A stretch of 64,000 nt of DNA from Macrostomum lignano (GCA_002269645.1 NIVC01001733.1:62001-126000); one strand, 5' to 3'; counted from the first letter of the stretch, positions 25,201 to 38,514 are shown. Numbers and translations are program-made. Notes: generated from the sequence alone by a model not told the origin.

Positions 25201-26074
25201 AATGGCTCATGACCTCATTCAGCCACTTTCTCTTCGGGGTAGCCCAAGGGTTCATGACCTCATTCAGCCACTTTCTCTGCGGGATAGCCCAAGGGTTCAT
25301 GACCTCATTCAGCCACTTTCTCTTCGGGATAGCCCAAGGGTTCATGACCTCATTCAGCCACTTTCTCTTCGGGATAGCCCAAGGGTTCATGACCTCATTC
25401 AGCCACTTTCTCCATCTTGTCCCTGTGGCACTGTGGAGGTCCCGTGTGTTCTCCAAATATTAAAAAATTGCCGCAATCAATTTCCCAACTCGCAGCTCCT
25501 CCTAAGCAGCCGTTCTCGGTTTTCGGTATGAAACTCGAACAGGCATTTTTAATAATCAGCAAATTTCATCCGCTCACAAATAAGTAGCCTCGGCTAACTC
25601 GCAGCATCTCAGCTCACTTCATCAGTTAAAAATATGGTATTTGTAGCTACCGAATCAGATTGACAAACCTTTTTAACTGTTTGTAACAGCAGTCCTGCCC
25701 CTTCTGTTAACCTCTAATACGTGCACAGGCCCCAAATCATTAGCCACGGCAGGGGTTTCAGTTTCATTTAGCCGGATTAAATATCACTTCATTTGGAGTT
25801 GCAGAACTGGCGCTGCACTGTCTACTATCAGTAGGGTGTTTTCAGGAATTTGTTAATCCTCCAATTTTCCCATGTCTTGTAGAATATTTCATATATAACG
25901 GATTTGCTTGCTTTTAAAAATGCAAAATTCAAACTGCTTTACAATAACTTAGCACTGATAAAATACTGTGCAATTATTAGCGCACTGAATTAACTTCGCC
26001 TTTTATGGAAATGGCTGCCTACATTTATTACTGTTACTGTGCATCTGGAGAAGTGCGTGTAAACAGCTGTAGAC

Positions 26075-26147
<73 letters not shown>

Positions 26148-26172
26148 CGGGCAGGCAGGCAGGCAGGCAGGC

Positions 26173-26210
<38 letters not shown>

Positions 26211-27752
26211 TCAGCAGGCAGATGGGACAGTCAGTCAGCAGACTCAGGCAGATGGCACAGACAGCAGGCAGATGGCACAGACAGCTGGCAGATGGCACAG
26301 GCAGATGGCACAGACAGCAGGCAGATGGCACAGACAGCAGGCAGATGGCACAGACAGCTGGCAGATGGCACAGGCAGATGGCACAGACAGCAGGCAGATG
26401 GCACAGACAGCAGGCAGATGGCACAGACAGCTGGCAGATGGCACAGGCAGATGGCACAGACAGCAGGCAGATGGCACAGACAGCAGGTAGATGGCACAGA
26501 CAGCTGGCAGATGGCACAGTCAGCAGGCAGATGGCACAGACAGCAGGCAGATGGCACAGACAGCTGGTAGATGGCACAGGCAGATGGCACAGACAGCAGG
26601 CAGATGGCACAGACAGCAGGCAGATGGCACAGACAGCTGGCAGATGGCACAGGCAGATGGCACAGACAGCAGGCAGATGGCACAGACAGCAGGCAGATGG
26701 CACAGACAGCTGGCAGATGGCACAGGCAGATGGCACAGACAGCAGGCAGATGGCACAGACAGCAGGCAGATGGCACAGACAGCTGGCAGATGGCACAGGC
26801 AGATGGCACAGACAGCAGGCAGATGGCACAGACAGCAGGCAGATGGCACAGACAGCTGGCAGATGGCACAGGCAGATGGCACAGACAGCAGGCAGATGGC
26901 ACAGACAGCAGGTAGATGGCACAGACAGCTGGCAGATGGCACAGTCAGCAGGCAGATGGCACAGACAGCAGGCAGATGGCACAGACAGCTGGCAGATGGC
27001 ACAGTCAGCAGGCAGATGGCACAGACAGCAGGCAGATGGCACAGACAGCTGGCAGATGGCACAGTCAGCAGGCAGATGGCACAGACAGCAGGCAGATGGC
27101 ACAGACAGCTGGCAGATGGCACAGTCAGCAGGCAGATGGCACAGACAGCAGGTAGATGGCACAGACAGCTGGCAGATGGCACAGGCTGCAGGCAGATGGC
27201 ACAGACAGCAGGCAGATGGCACAGGCAGATGGCGCAGTCAGCAGGCAGATGGCACAGACAGCAGGCAGATGGCACAGGCAGATGGCGCAGTCAGCAGGCA
27301 GATGGCACAGTCAGCAGGCAGATGGCACAGGCAGATGGCACAGTCAGCAGGCAGATGGCACAGTCAGCAGGCAGATGGCACAGGCAGCAGGCAGACCCAA
27401 GCTCACACCAAGCCGCAGTGCAACCCCGATCCCGCGCTCCGCAGGCAGCACCAATCCGTTCGCGCCGGTGATCCACGGGCCCAGCCACCCCAGCAACCCG
27501 TTCCACTCCACTCAGCCCGTGCAGCCGACTCTCTCCGAGCTGCAGCGCCGGGCTGCTTACGGCGGCGACACCGGGTTCGGCGTCAGCGGTAACGGCAGCG
27601 CCGGTGGCGTCCTTCCGCCTCCGCTGATCGAGGCGCCCCAGCAGCCGCCGCCGCTGCAGCCGCCGGCTTATCCGGCCGCCTTCAATCCCTGGGGCCAGCA
27701 GCAGCAGCCGCCAGCAGCCGCCGGCTACCCCAGCCACAACCCCTTCATGTAG
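22265..27752 (+). CDS. epn: Epsin (ENTH domain, 2 UIMs, DPW motifs, 3 NPF motifs); exons 22265-22837, 23216-23382/23388, (23480-23515), 23686-23839, 24621-24719, 24817-25005, 27445-27752
   Basis: ENTH (NYSDAKVKVREATSNDPWGPS..WRHVYKALVLLDYL); UIMs (EEDVELELALAISKEE, DDLKLKMALEASK); DPW x4; SFLGDHGNLVNLDSLV; TNPF, SNPF and HNPFM*. Splice phases are compatible. One 1-nt frameshift at about 22704 must be assumed. Confidence 0.93.
22935..23100. repeat. Degenerate 22-bp minisatellite (TAATCCTGGGGATTCCCTACTC) in epsin intron 1
   Basis: About 6 imperfect copies by eye. Confidence 0.75.
23890..24560. repeat. 30-bp minisatellite (GATCCCCATGTTGTGGAGACTCCCATCCCA) in an epsin intron
   Basis: About 20 copies, degenerating towards both ends. 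Confidence 0.93.
25115..25412. repeat. 45-bp minisatellite, about 6.5 copies, in the last epsin intron
   Basis: Unit ATGACCTCATTCAGCCACTTTCTCTGCGGGGTAGCCCAATGGCTC; 15-aa periodicity in the pseudo-ORFs. Confidence 0.93.
26070..27392. repeat. Compound (GACA)n-(GGCA)n-(GATA)n microsatellite grading into a 12/20-bp minisatellite (GGCAGATGGCACAGACAGCA)
   Basis: Direct reading; explains the MAQTAGRWHRQ and CLCHLP pseudo-ORFs. Confidence 0.96.
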
Positions 27753-27929
27753 CCCCTGGTGGGGAGAGGGGTTGAGAAGATTCTGCCAAGCTGGTTCGTT
27801 ACGGTTTTTGTGTGTCTGCATATATATATTCTAGATAGAGCTCTGCTTGATGTCCCTGCGGTCTCTGTCGGAGATCTTCGCGTTCGGGCTGTCTGAGCGC
27901 TTTGGCGCCGCCACCTACCCATATTTCAG

Positions 27930-28660
27930 ATTTTAGATCCCCTACCCTACCAAAGTCCGGTTTTAGGTCCGCTACTCTCCTAAAGTCCGGTTTTAGATCC
28001 GTTATTACTTTCCGAAAACCTGATTTTAGGTCCGCTACCCTCCTAAAACCTAATTTTAGGTCCACTACCCGCCCAAATCCATATTTTAGGTCCGCTACAC
28101 ACCCAAAACTCTATTTTAGGTCCGCTACCCTCCCAAAGTCCGATTTTAGGTCCGCTACCCTCCCAAAGTCCGATTTTAGGTCCGCTACCCTCCCAAAACC
28201 CGATTTTAGATCGGCTACCCTCCATAAACCCGATTTTAGATCGGCTACCCTCCCTAAACCCGATTTTAGATCGGCTACCCTCCCTAAACCCGATTTTAGA
28301 TCGGCTACCCTCCCAAAACCTGATTTTCGATCGGCACCCTCCCTAAACCCGATTTTAGATCGGCTACCCTCCCAAAACCTGATTTTCGATCGGCTACCCT
28401 CCCTAAACCCGATTTTAGATCGGCTACCCTCCCTAAACCCGATTTTAGATCGGCTACCCTCCCAAAACCTGATTTTAGATCGGCTACCCTCCCAAAACCT
28501 GATTTTAGATCGGCTACCCTCCTAAACCCGATTTTAGATCGGCTACCCTCCCTAAACCCGATTTTAGATCGGCTACCCTCCCTAAACCCGATTTTAGATC
28601 GGCTACCCTCCTAAACCCGATTTTAGATCGGCTACCCTCCCTAAACCCGATTTTAGCTGC
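27930..28660. repeat. 30-bp minisatellite (CCGATTTTAGATCGGCTACCCTCCCTAAAC), about 24 copies
   Basis: Direct reading; lies just 3' of the epsin stop. Confidence 0.95.
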
Positions 28661-29315
28661 ACCACTCTCCCAAATAATTTAGGTCTGCCCCCCTCCCCAA
28701 CCGGGAACCCGAGACTGAGTCTCTAATTGACAGAGCTCAGCTGCCTCCAGCTGCCCCATCAAAGTTTTATTTTAATCCTTTTTCACCTGCAGCGAAGAAA
28801 TTCTTGCGTTATTTTTTGTAACTTCCTTTTGCGTGCGGCATCTAGCTGACCGCGATAATGATACACATTTGTAGCGTTAATATGCTCATTTATTCCGCCT
28901 AATATTTGTTGTTCAATTGCCAGACAAGCCCTTGGTAGTGTTTAGCATCCCTATTAGTCTATGCAGGTGCGTTCTCGCGAGTTTCAGGCTTGTAGAATTG
29001 TTATATTGATGAATCATACAGTAAAGCTTTACAAACTTAACACATGGGACCATATATCTCTGGCTCTCACCGACTCTGTTCTGCTTTATTGTGCGCTTTT
29101 TCACTTTTACACAGGCCGGCTTAAGCAGAACAAAAAATAGAGTTGAACTGCAAAAGTAATCTTTTTAATCTGACTTTCTTAATGTAAATTATTTACTACT
29201 TGTTAGTTTCCTAGCAGTACCTTCGGTATTTCGTAGCAAACCTGACGCTAACTATAAAAATCTGCGATTTATAAAATCAGAACTCTTCAGTTCATAGAAT
29301 CCGATACCTACCATT

Positions 29316-29636
29316 TAGAATCAGAAATCTGCCGTTCAAAATCAGAAATCTGCAGTTTAGAATCAGAAATCTGCAGTTTAGAATCAGAAATCTGCAGTTT
29401 AGAATCAGAAATCTGCAGTTTAGAATCAGAAATCTGCAGTTTAGAATCAGAAATCTGCAGTTTAGAATCAGAAATCTGCAGTTTAGAATCAGAAATCTGC
29501 AGTTTAGAATCAGAAATCTGCAGTTTAGAATCAGAAATCTGCCGTTCAGAATCAGAAATCTGCAGTTTAGAATCAGAAATCTGCCGTTCAGAATCAGAAA
29601 TCTGCCGTTCAGAATTAGAAATCTGCAGTTTAGAAT
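29316..29636. repeat. 21-bp minisatellite (TTTAGAATCAGAAATCTGCAG), about 15 copies
   Basis: Direct reading. Confidence 0.95.
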
Positions 29637-30769
29637 TCTCGTATAAAGATCTCTAAAAATTCGCAGAGAATTAATTATCTGCGCCTTTTGAGCAATTTCT
29701 TAATTTGCGACATGCAGCTGAACCTCAAGGATTTTTCTCCCATGTTGACATTATCGATTGATTGATTGTCCTTTACAAGAAACAGAAAGCTGGATTTTAT
29801 TAATGTCTACTAGTAGTAACACTGTTGACAGTAGCATCACTTCAGTAGTATTATTGGATAATTGCGCAGCAATCCAACAGATGCTGCCCCACTCGCTCAA
29901 TCAATGCTAAAACTTGTACTTCTGCTAACTTTATAATGCGTTACTCGATGGATACTGTGGATATTATTGTTTAACGTTTCGTAATTGAGAACCTCAGACT
30001 AAACTGAAACAAATATTTATTTATTTATTCGCGAAATAGATACATGCGGCTGAGCAGCTGTTTAAATTTGTAGTATCTATTGTTCCGCATAAACAATTAT
30101 CGGTTTCGTTTTTACCGCCATATGAAACTGTTGTCATTCTGGGTGTTTCAGTTGTTGACTTTCATTTTCGTTCACGCGGTTTGACCTTCATGCGTAACTT
30201 GACTGCTTTCTGTTTGTTGGTCTGTATCCTATCTCGCTCTGTTTCAATAAAAGTACATAAAAGTACACTCACTGTCCTCTCTCCTGTAAACATTAGAAGA
30301 ATAATCACAGATTACCACTTGTAATCATTTCAAAAACTTGTTCTCAAAGAAAAATCCCAGAACTCTCAAATTTGTAGAAGCAGTCGTCCGCATATTGCAA
30401 TTTCTGTTAATAGTCGTATCTTTCAAATCTAACACACATGTAACTTTATGAAAATGGATAAATAATATTCACCGCAATGTCACAGCAAAGGTAGTATGCA
30501 AGTAATGATTACTCGTAATAGAAGTTCTAAATTGAGACTCGAATTGAAAATACCTGCAGATAATGACTGAGCATGCGGCCGTGTAAGTACGTGTACATGT
30601 GATACTGATACATGTAGATGTATTTCATATATATTACTGTTCATTTACAGAGCATGCTTAGTCATTAGAGCTTTCTAAAATTTGTGAATAAAATAAAAAC
30701 TAGTCTCTAGACCTTTATAATACTTTTCCGTTAAATAGTGTTCTTCTCACTGACACGGCAGCCATTGGA

Positions 30770-31170
30770 CACCCCCACCAATCTGATCCAATCTAGCTTC
30801 AACCCCCGCAGCACCCACCCCACTCCCTCTCCCAGTGATTCAACCCCTGCAGCACCCACCCCACTCCCTCTCGCAGTGATTCAACCCCTACAGCACCCAC
30901 CCCACTCCCTCTCGCAGTGATTCAATCCCTACAGCACCCACCCCACTCCCTCTCGCAGTGATTCAACCCCTGCAGCACCCACCCCACTCCCTCTCGCAGT
31001 GATTCAACCCCTACAGCACCCACCCCACTCCCTCTCGCAGTGATTCAACCCCTACAGCACCCACCCCACTCCCTCTCGCAGTGATTCAACCCCTGCAGCA
31101 CCCACCCCACTCCCTCTCGCAGTGATTCAATCCATACAGCACCCACCCCACCCCCTCCTCGCCGCAATTC
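30770..31170. repeat. 41-bp minisatellite (CCACTCCCTCTCGCAGTGATTCAACCCCTGCAGCACCCACC), about 9 copies
   Basis: Direct reading; period 41 (30841 to 30882). Confidence 0.93.
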
Positions 31171-31252
31171 AACTCTCGCACAGCACCATAACATTCACTC
31201 ATGCACAGTACGTATGTATTGTAAACTATTTATTGTGCAAAAGCAAATCAAA

Positions 31253-34200
31253 TCATCCCATGACGGCCTCAGCCACCGGCCCGCTCGGCATCGGGACTAT
31301 GATGTTCGCCACTGCAGACACGGTGGAGCTTTCAGTGGCCTGCAGCTGGTCGCTGCCGCCATCGTCCAGGCCGCCGGAACCGCCGTCTGCCACAATTGGC
31401 AGCACATTATCCTCGAAGCATTTATCCACATTGCCAGGGGGAAAGTACAGCGCCACAACTACATTGGTGACTGTCATTGGATAGTCGCTGTCGGTGTCTT
31501 CAGCCTCAGGCTGGCTGTCGGAGTCCGCCTGCGAAAGCGACTGCCGAGCTGAGGTCACCACCGTGGCACCGGCGATGCCCAGCAGGCGGCTGGCTCGCCA
31601 AACCAGCTGGGTAAAATGGCCTGGGTTCGAATTTGGAAATACTTTATGTACCACAGAGTACGGAATGAAATTTTAAACAGGACAGAGCTGGGGTGTTTAC
31701 CAGAATGGGAAAACGGGTTTATCAGAGCGGGTACCTGCATGAATATAGACCGGTGTTTATCAGGATGAAACCAAGTGTTTATCAGGACGGTTAGGTTGGG
31801 TGTTTCTTACCACAGGTGACGGGATACAGGTGTTTAGAAAAAAGAGGACAGGCGTTTATCAAGAAGGGCAGTTGGATACCGATGTGTTTATCAGAACGAG
31901 CAGTTAAGTACCGAAGTGTTTATCAAGAAGGGTATTTAGGTACCGAGGTGTTTACCAGGATGGGTAGTTGAGTACCGAAGTGTTTATCAGGGTGGGTAGT
32001 TGGGTACCGAGGAGTTTATCAGGAAGGGCAGTTGAGTACCGAAGTGTTTATCAGGGTGGGTAGTTGAGTACCGAAGTGTTTATCAGGGTGGGTAGTTGGG
32101 TACCGAGGAGTTTATCAGGAAGGGCAGTTGAGTACCGAAGTGTTTATCAGGGTGGGTAGTTGGGTACCGAGGTGTTCATCAGGAAGGGCAGTTGGGTACC
32201 GAGGTGTTTATCAGAACTTTAGACTAAGGCTCCGGGTAGTTTACCATGACGACAGCCTCACCTGTACCGTCCTGCGGTTGCGGCAATTCGAAATTGTACC
32301 CGGGATCGGAGCACTCGGCGTACCACATCTGTGTGGCCTCCGAGCCTGCGGGAAGCGAGTTATATTAATACAGAGTGGAATAAATATACGTATGCATACT
32401 CGTACGCTTTTATAATGGTATTAAAGATGGTCACGCCTCTTTATAAAAGCGTAATTTTGTGATTAAAGAACACCAATTCCCTGCTGCCCCATAAAGTTCG
32501 CCACTGGAGGAAGCAGTGCAACTGCAGAGGTACGAATTGCAGGTTGAAAGGTACCAGCGCTGTCTAAAGCACTTGGCATTTATTTGATTACAATGCAAAC
32601 ACACAATCTCCCTCTGCCAATCTCTTCATTCTTATTGCAGTGCGCGATTCCCCAGTGCCGGTTAAAAGTGCACGAGCCTAACCCTCCTGGCTCATTCTTC
32701 CTCAGGAAGGGAAACTGTCTGCCCGAATGGCACTGAAGGCCGGTTTTCAGCCTTCCTTCACCGATTGTTTTGCACTGTTTGGACTGCAGAGTGATTTCTG
32801 GGTGGGCCCCGTAACTCTTCCCTCGAACAGATTGGCTGCTGCACTGCCGCGTGACGTCAGCTGCCCGGATTTGCGGCTGTTTGCTGCGTTCTCCGTGTTC
32901 TAATCGTGCACTGTTAGCTAATATTGTAGCTTGGAGAAGGCGGAGAGTCCCAGTTGGTGAGATTCTTAATCTCACACTGGGAAAAAATCCCAATCATTTA
33001 GATGCGAAAAGGGTTGAACTCCGATTCGATCTTAATCCTAACTGGGATAAAATCCCAATCGACCTTGATCCCAACTGGGATAAAATCCCAATCGACCTTG
33101 ATCCTAACTGGGATAAAATCCCAATCGACCTTGATCCTAACTGGGATAAAATCCCAATCGACCTTGATCCTAACTGGGATAAAATCCCAATCGACCTTGA
33201 TCCTAACTGGGATAAAATCCCAATCGACCTTGATCGTAACTGGGATAAAATCCCAATCGACCTTGATCCTAACTGGGATAAAATCCCAATCGACCTTGAT
33301 CCTAACTGGGATAAAATCCCAATCGACCTTGATCCTAACTGGGATAAAATCCCAATCGACCTTGATCCTAACTGGGATAAAATCCCAATCGATCTCGATC
33401 CTAACTGGGATAAAATCCCAATCGACCTTGATCCTAACTGGGATAAAATCCCAATCGATCTCGATCCTAACTGGGATAAAATCCCAATCGACCTTGATCC
33501 TAACTGGGATAAAATCCCAATCGACCTCGATCCTAACTGGGATAAAATCCCAATCGATCTCGATCCTAACTGGGATAAAATCCCAATCGACCTTGATCCT
33601 AACTGGGATAAAATCCCAATCGATCTCGATCCCAACTGGGAAAAAAATCCAAATCGATCTTGATCCCAACTGGGATGAAATCCCTATTGATCCTCAACTG
33701 GGATGAAATCCCAATCGCTCTCGATTCCAACTGGGATAAAATCCCAATCGACCTTGATCCCAACTGGGATAAAATTAGTTGACGATAGTTCGGAGTCTGA
33801 GGCCCAATCAGTGAAGAGGACTCTCAGCTACAATCCACATCATTTCTCTGTAGTTTTCCTGCTGCATCCAGGGTAGTCGGGACAGAAAGGCGAACAGCGG
33901 AAATGAACCGGTTGTAAAAAAATTAGTTTTACTTTTTAAGTGCAAGCGCGGGGCTGGAAGAAACTCGTCAAGATTGTTTTTGTCAATTCAATCTCCGTGC
34001 GTCCTTTCTGCCCTGGGGGTGCACGCGGGGCTTTGTGGCTCGCTTTCAGCTGACCGCAGTTCTGGGAAGCTTGCGGATTTCGGCAGAAGTTTGAAACTCT
34101 GACGGGGGGACAAAAGCAGGAAAGAGAAAATCGGAGATGTTTTTTCGGTGCATGCAGGGGTCGACTTTCACCGAGGTCAAGCAGAACTGCTTTAAGCTAA

Positions 34201-34907
34201 AGAGAAAACCATTTAGTTTCCCGTGGACGGCAAAATTGAAGCTGCGATGAAACCGCAGTCGTTCGAATACCAAAAATACGCGCTCGACTTCTTAATCAGT
34301 TTCTCCAAATCATATCCATTAGCTTTTACTTGGGATCTACTTAACTTGCACCGCTGACGGCGAATGCATTCGTAGGCTTGAATTTTGTTATCTTACTAGC
34401 AGAGGGTCTTTTTAGAATCTCAGGTGGGGGTACACCCCTTCCCAACTCACCCGAGAGCGGCTGCGGCCCTCCGGCCCAGCAGGTGGCCACCCGGTAGGCG
34501 ATGGCCTCTCCCGCGTGGATGCCCCGGTGGAACAGCCGCACCTGCCTGTCGCTGTGCCGGAAGTTTCCGCCGGCCGCTGCGGCTTCGGCCAGCGCCGCCG
34601 CCATCTGGCAGAGCCGGCGGCAGAGGCGCAGCGGCCTGGCGCGGTGCAGCAGTCGGAGCCGGTTGTGCTCGGCGAGACCTTCCACCTCCAGGCGGCTCCA
34701 GGCGTCCTCGGTGGCCTCGGGATCGCCGGGCTGCAGCGCGTCCTCGCTGGCCAGCAGCTCCCTGGGCAGCTCGTAGTTCGGCAGCGTCCAGCCGCTGTCG
34801 TGCATCGAGAAGCCGCGGATGATGCTCACTGTCCGACGCAGCTTCTTCCGGCCGCTCTGGGCAGCCGCGGCGGCCGCCCGTCGCGAATGAATTCGCTGCT
34901 CAGACAT
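31253..34907 (-). CDS. CAP/SCP-domain protein of GAPR-1/GLIPR2 type; exons about 34907-34542, an unresolved middle exon, 32345-32262 and 31620-31253
   Basis: EGLAEHNRLRLLHRARPLRL..LAEAAAAGGNFRHS|, then SEATQMWYAE..GYNF..DGTG|HFTQLVWRASRLLGIA..VVVALYFPPGNV..FEDNVLP. Canonical splice sites; no signal peptide or Cys-rich tail seen. Confidence 0.85.
31700..32215. repeat. Degenerate approx. 32-bp minisatellite (CCGAAGTGTTTATCAGGGTGGGTAGTTGAGTA) in a CAP gene intron
   Basis: Repeated GTGTTTATCAG core. Confidence 0.85.
33025..33775. repeat. 33-bp minisatellite (GATCCTAACTGGGATAAAATCCCAATCGACCTT), about 22 copies
   Basis: Direct reading; NWDKIPIDLDP periodicity; internal GGGAT-AAA-ATCCC hairpin. 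Confidence 0.97.
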
Positions 34908-36437
34908 CCGGGACGCTGCTGTGGTTTGGTAGAAAAATTCTCACATTGCTTTAGAGGTAATTGTGCTGGAGTTTGATTGAGCGTCAGTGCGTCCGACCTT
35001 GGATCCGATTCTACGGTGCAGCTGCAGTCACGCATGTAGCCCATGGCTTTCGGGATTTAAGCTTACAAGGGCTCACAACTTCCAAGTCATACAAATTACC
35101 GGACGATGGGAACACGAGTTGTGTGCCCAGGGTCCGCATCTTCACTGACCTCCTCGCCAGTAGCCACACAGCTTCCCACAGATGCACTTTATAGATTCAT
35201 ATAAAAGCGTGTAAGTTTTGATCGAATGCTGCTTGAGCTGGCAATCAGACTCACTCAGTGACTCAAGTACATGTGGAGCTTAACTCAAAAGAAACTTACA
35301 TTTAGATTTACTTTCCAAAAGAAGAGCGTGCAGACGTGCAGAGGAGGAGTCCGGATGCCCTCAGCTCGACTCTGACTGCATACCGGTAGAGCTGAGCCAA
35401 TACAGCTGAGCCAATTTTGCTGCGATTTATATGCAGACACTGCGGACACAGCGGGAGATCCGTGAGGAAATCTCCCTTGAGCGAATTGATTCCCCCCAAT
35501 CCAACAGAGGTTTTTGGGGATAACTATTGGCTCCCAATATCGGGGGATTTAAAAGGAAGGCTGAAACCAACGGAAATCTTTGCTTCGTTCGTCCCTCCCT
35601 TTGCGGCATCTGTCTCTCAGGTGGCGATCTGGGACGGCAACGGATGACGAAAAGGGGAGGCTGCAGCTGAAGCGAGCAAAGTTGAAAGAATAGAAAGAAG
35701 CTGGGCTTTGCCGCCACTCCGCAGCCGGAAACCTCAGCTGCTGGTACAGCATTAATCCATTTCATGGCGGTAAACAGAAGCTTCTGCACCCGGCGGATGG
35801 ATTTTAAACCAAGGGAAAAAGCAGCAGCAGCTCTGCAAGACAATTTATGGCAAGACATGAAATTACCGGATTAAACCGCAGTCAAACTATATACAAAAAT
35901 TAATTAAAAAGCAGCTTCAACTGCGCATGTAGGTCCAAAATCCAGTTTGATTACTTCAGTTACAGCAGGGTCAGTAAATTGACTTAATTACATGTAACAG
36001 CTTCCACAGAAAGCTTCCAAGTTTTATTATTCCAAGCACTGTGGGGGGTATAAGTCGTAAAGTTTTAATCAACTGCCCGCTCCGATGCTCAACTTGAAAC
36101 TCTGGATTTCCCAGTACCTGACGACAGAATGCAAGGGCCTCTATGCACCATATGCGAGCGCGTGTTCGTGCCTGCATACAGTATTGACGCGCTTGTATGT
36201 TCTCGGGAGTCAGCGGATTGGCAGAATTGCCTTCAGCTAGCTCTGTTTGTGGAACGATCTCGCCAAAAGCTTAGTGCGAGCGCGTATCAATCCTGTAGTT
36301 AAGCTTTAGTTAGAGTCAGAGCTCCGATATTCACTTTTAATAAGACTCAATAGTCAGCCATCGTTAAAAGAACTCCTGGCTCCAAAAAGACAGTTTAATA
36401 GCGATCTTGAGAAAGTACGTTACCCAAACACCTGGGA

Positions 36438-36600
36438 GGCCGTAGCCCAGCGGTCTAGCGCAGGCTCTGGTGTGCCAGCGACCCAGGCTCGATTCCAAGT
36501 GCAGTTACATTAATTTGGGGCTGAATTGGAATCTTGGCTTGGCTCTGCTTGTGCAGTTAACGGCCTTGAGAGCCAACCCCCCAAGGCACATGAAGTGTAC
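36438..36600 (+). mobile_element. tRNA-derived SINE, copy 2
   Basis: GGCCGTAGCCCAGCGG (A box) ... GGCTCGATTCC (B box), followed by a roughly 100-bp body shared with 3396-3559. Confidence 0.78.
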
Positions 36601-37296
36601 ATGCCTAACGATAAAATAAAGTTAGGGCCGCCGTGTGTGTGCGTGCGTACGTATCCGCACGCTTGTGTGCCTGCTCAGGGGAGTCGGCGGAATGGGCAGT
36701 AATGCCTCTCGCCGGTTGTGTGCCTATGTCGCTTAAAGTGCGCCAGGGTGCACACAACCCCCTGCCTATAATAAAAAAAATAATACCCAAACGCTTTTTG
36801 TACTTGGCTGCTTTTCAGGGATTTTTCCAAAGTCAATGTTTTTTTAATGCTGCCGAGTACTAATTAACGTAAACACGGTGCCTCATGTGCTCCAATATCT
36901 AGTATACAGGATGATCTACATGTAGTTACCAGCTGCAAGTGCAAGAGAAAAATCGAAGCCACAAACGGACGGGACTTGAACGGACTTCATTATATTATTT
37001 TACACTGGGGTACCTCCCTTGTACCTGTGTTTATACACCACCAGCGACTGCACTGTCTACAGTACGAATCATGCCAAAGTGCATTTCGATGTTTAATCAA
37101 GTGCTGGCCAGGGGTCTGGGGGGAGGAGATACGGTTAAATTAAAAGGCAGTCAGCATTAGGATTAGACTGATGGCAAGATTGATCCTCCAGTGCGTCAGG
37201 GCCTTCACGCGCAGCGGGGGTCCGTTTCAGCATTCAAGATTTGCACCCGCTAAATTGCTTTGACCAGACCGGAGGCGCCGCGGTAGGCCTCGATAG

Positions 37297-37824
<528 letters not shown>

Positions 37825-38334
37825 TCTCCTAAAAGTGCATTGTCAGCTACCAGAGTAGCCAACTATGACAGACAACAGGCCTATTTTGGAAGTAGACTAG
37901 CCGTAGACGTGCTCTACAACTAGTTCTACATGGAGCTTTCGAAAAATGTAAAAAACAACTGGCACCAACACAATTTTTATCATTTTTTCAATCAAGTTGC
38001 TTCAAATGTTGATGCACAAAATAGAACTGCAACAAAAGGCTTTTTTGGCTTTTGCTCTCGGACTGAGAGTAAAATTTCTATTTGCAACAGAGAGAAATGC
38101 TTTGAATTTGGATGAGTTTTTTGCCAGAAGACAGATGCATAATAATAAAACTTACAAATAAAAATACTAGCACCGATAGATAAAACTGAGATATATCCCT
38201 AAACTACTACTGATACAACAGCTGTAAATTGAGTAGCGAGTAACAAATATTAAGAGAACAAACTGAATTTCATAAAAAAATGGACTTTTATTGCAAGAGA
38301 CTTAGGAAAACTCGAAAATGTTGGCTTAGTTCAG

Positions 38335-38479
38335 ATAGGCACAGCAAACATAAGGACGCAGCCAATAAAAATGACAGCCGCATCGTACCCGAAGTTGATC
38401 CAGTAGAGCGGCAGCGGACTGCTCTGGAACAGATAGTGCGGCAGCTGCAAGGATTGGAGCGGGAAAGGCGCTTTCTCAG
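38335..38479 (+). CDS. Isolated probable coding exon (coiled-coil)
   Basis: ttcag|AT..CTCAG|gtaacg boundaries; open frame RIVPEVDPVERQRTALEQIVRQLQGLERERRFL. Partner exons were not found. Confidence 0.4.
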
Positions 38480-38514
38480 GTAACGCCTGGTTGACAAGCA
38501 ACTAGTTATGTTTG

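Noticed and set aside
25990-27471. Cys-rich and MAQTAGRWHRQ repeat ORFs up to 456 aa
   Set aside because: Intronic tandem repeat, open in several frames on both strands.
32851-33706. NWDKIPIDLDP repeat protein
   Set aside because: 33-bp intronic minisatellite; no signal peptide or cleavage logic, and no synonymous-site pattern like that of the neuropeptide repeats.
35427-35858. THAP-domain gene (KWINAV..LCS resemblance)
   Set aside because: The conserved C2CH/HF and AVP motifs could not be assembled in any frame.
36438-36510. Functional tRNA gene
   Set aside because: No complete cloverleaf or T-run terminator; continues into a shared SINE body.
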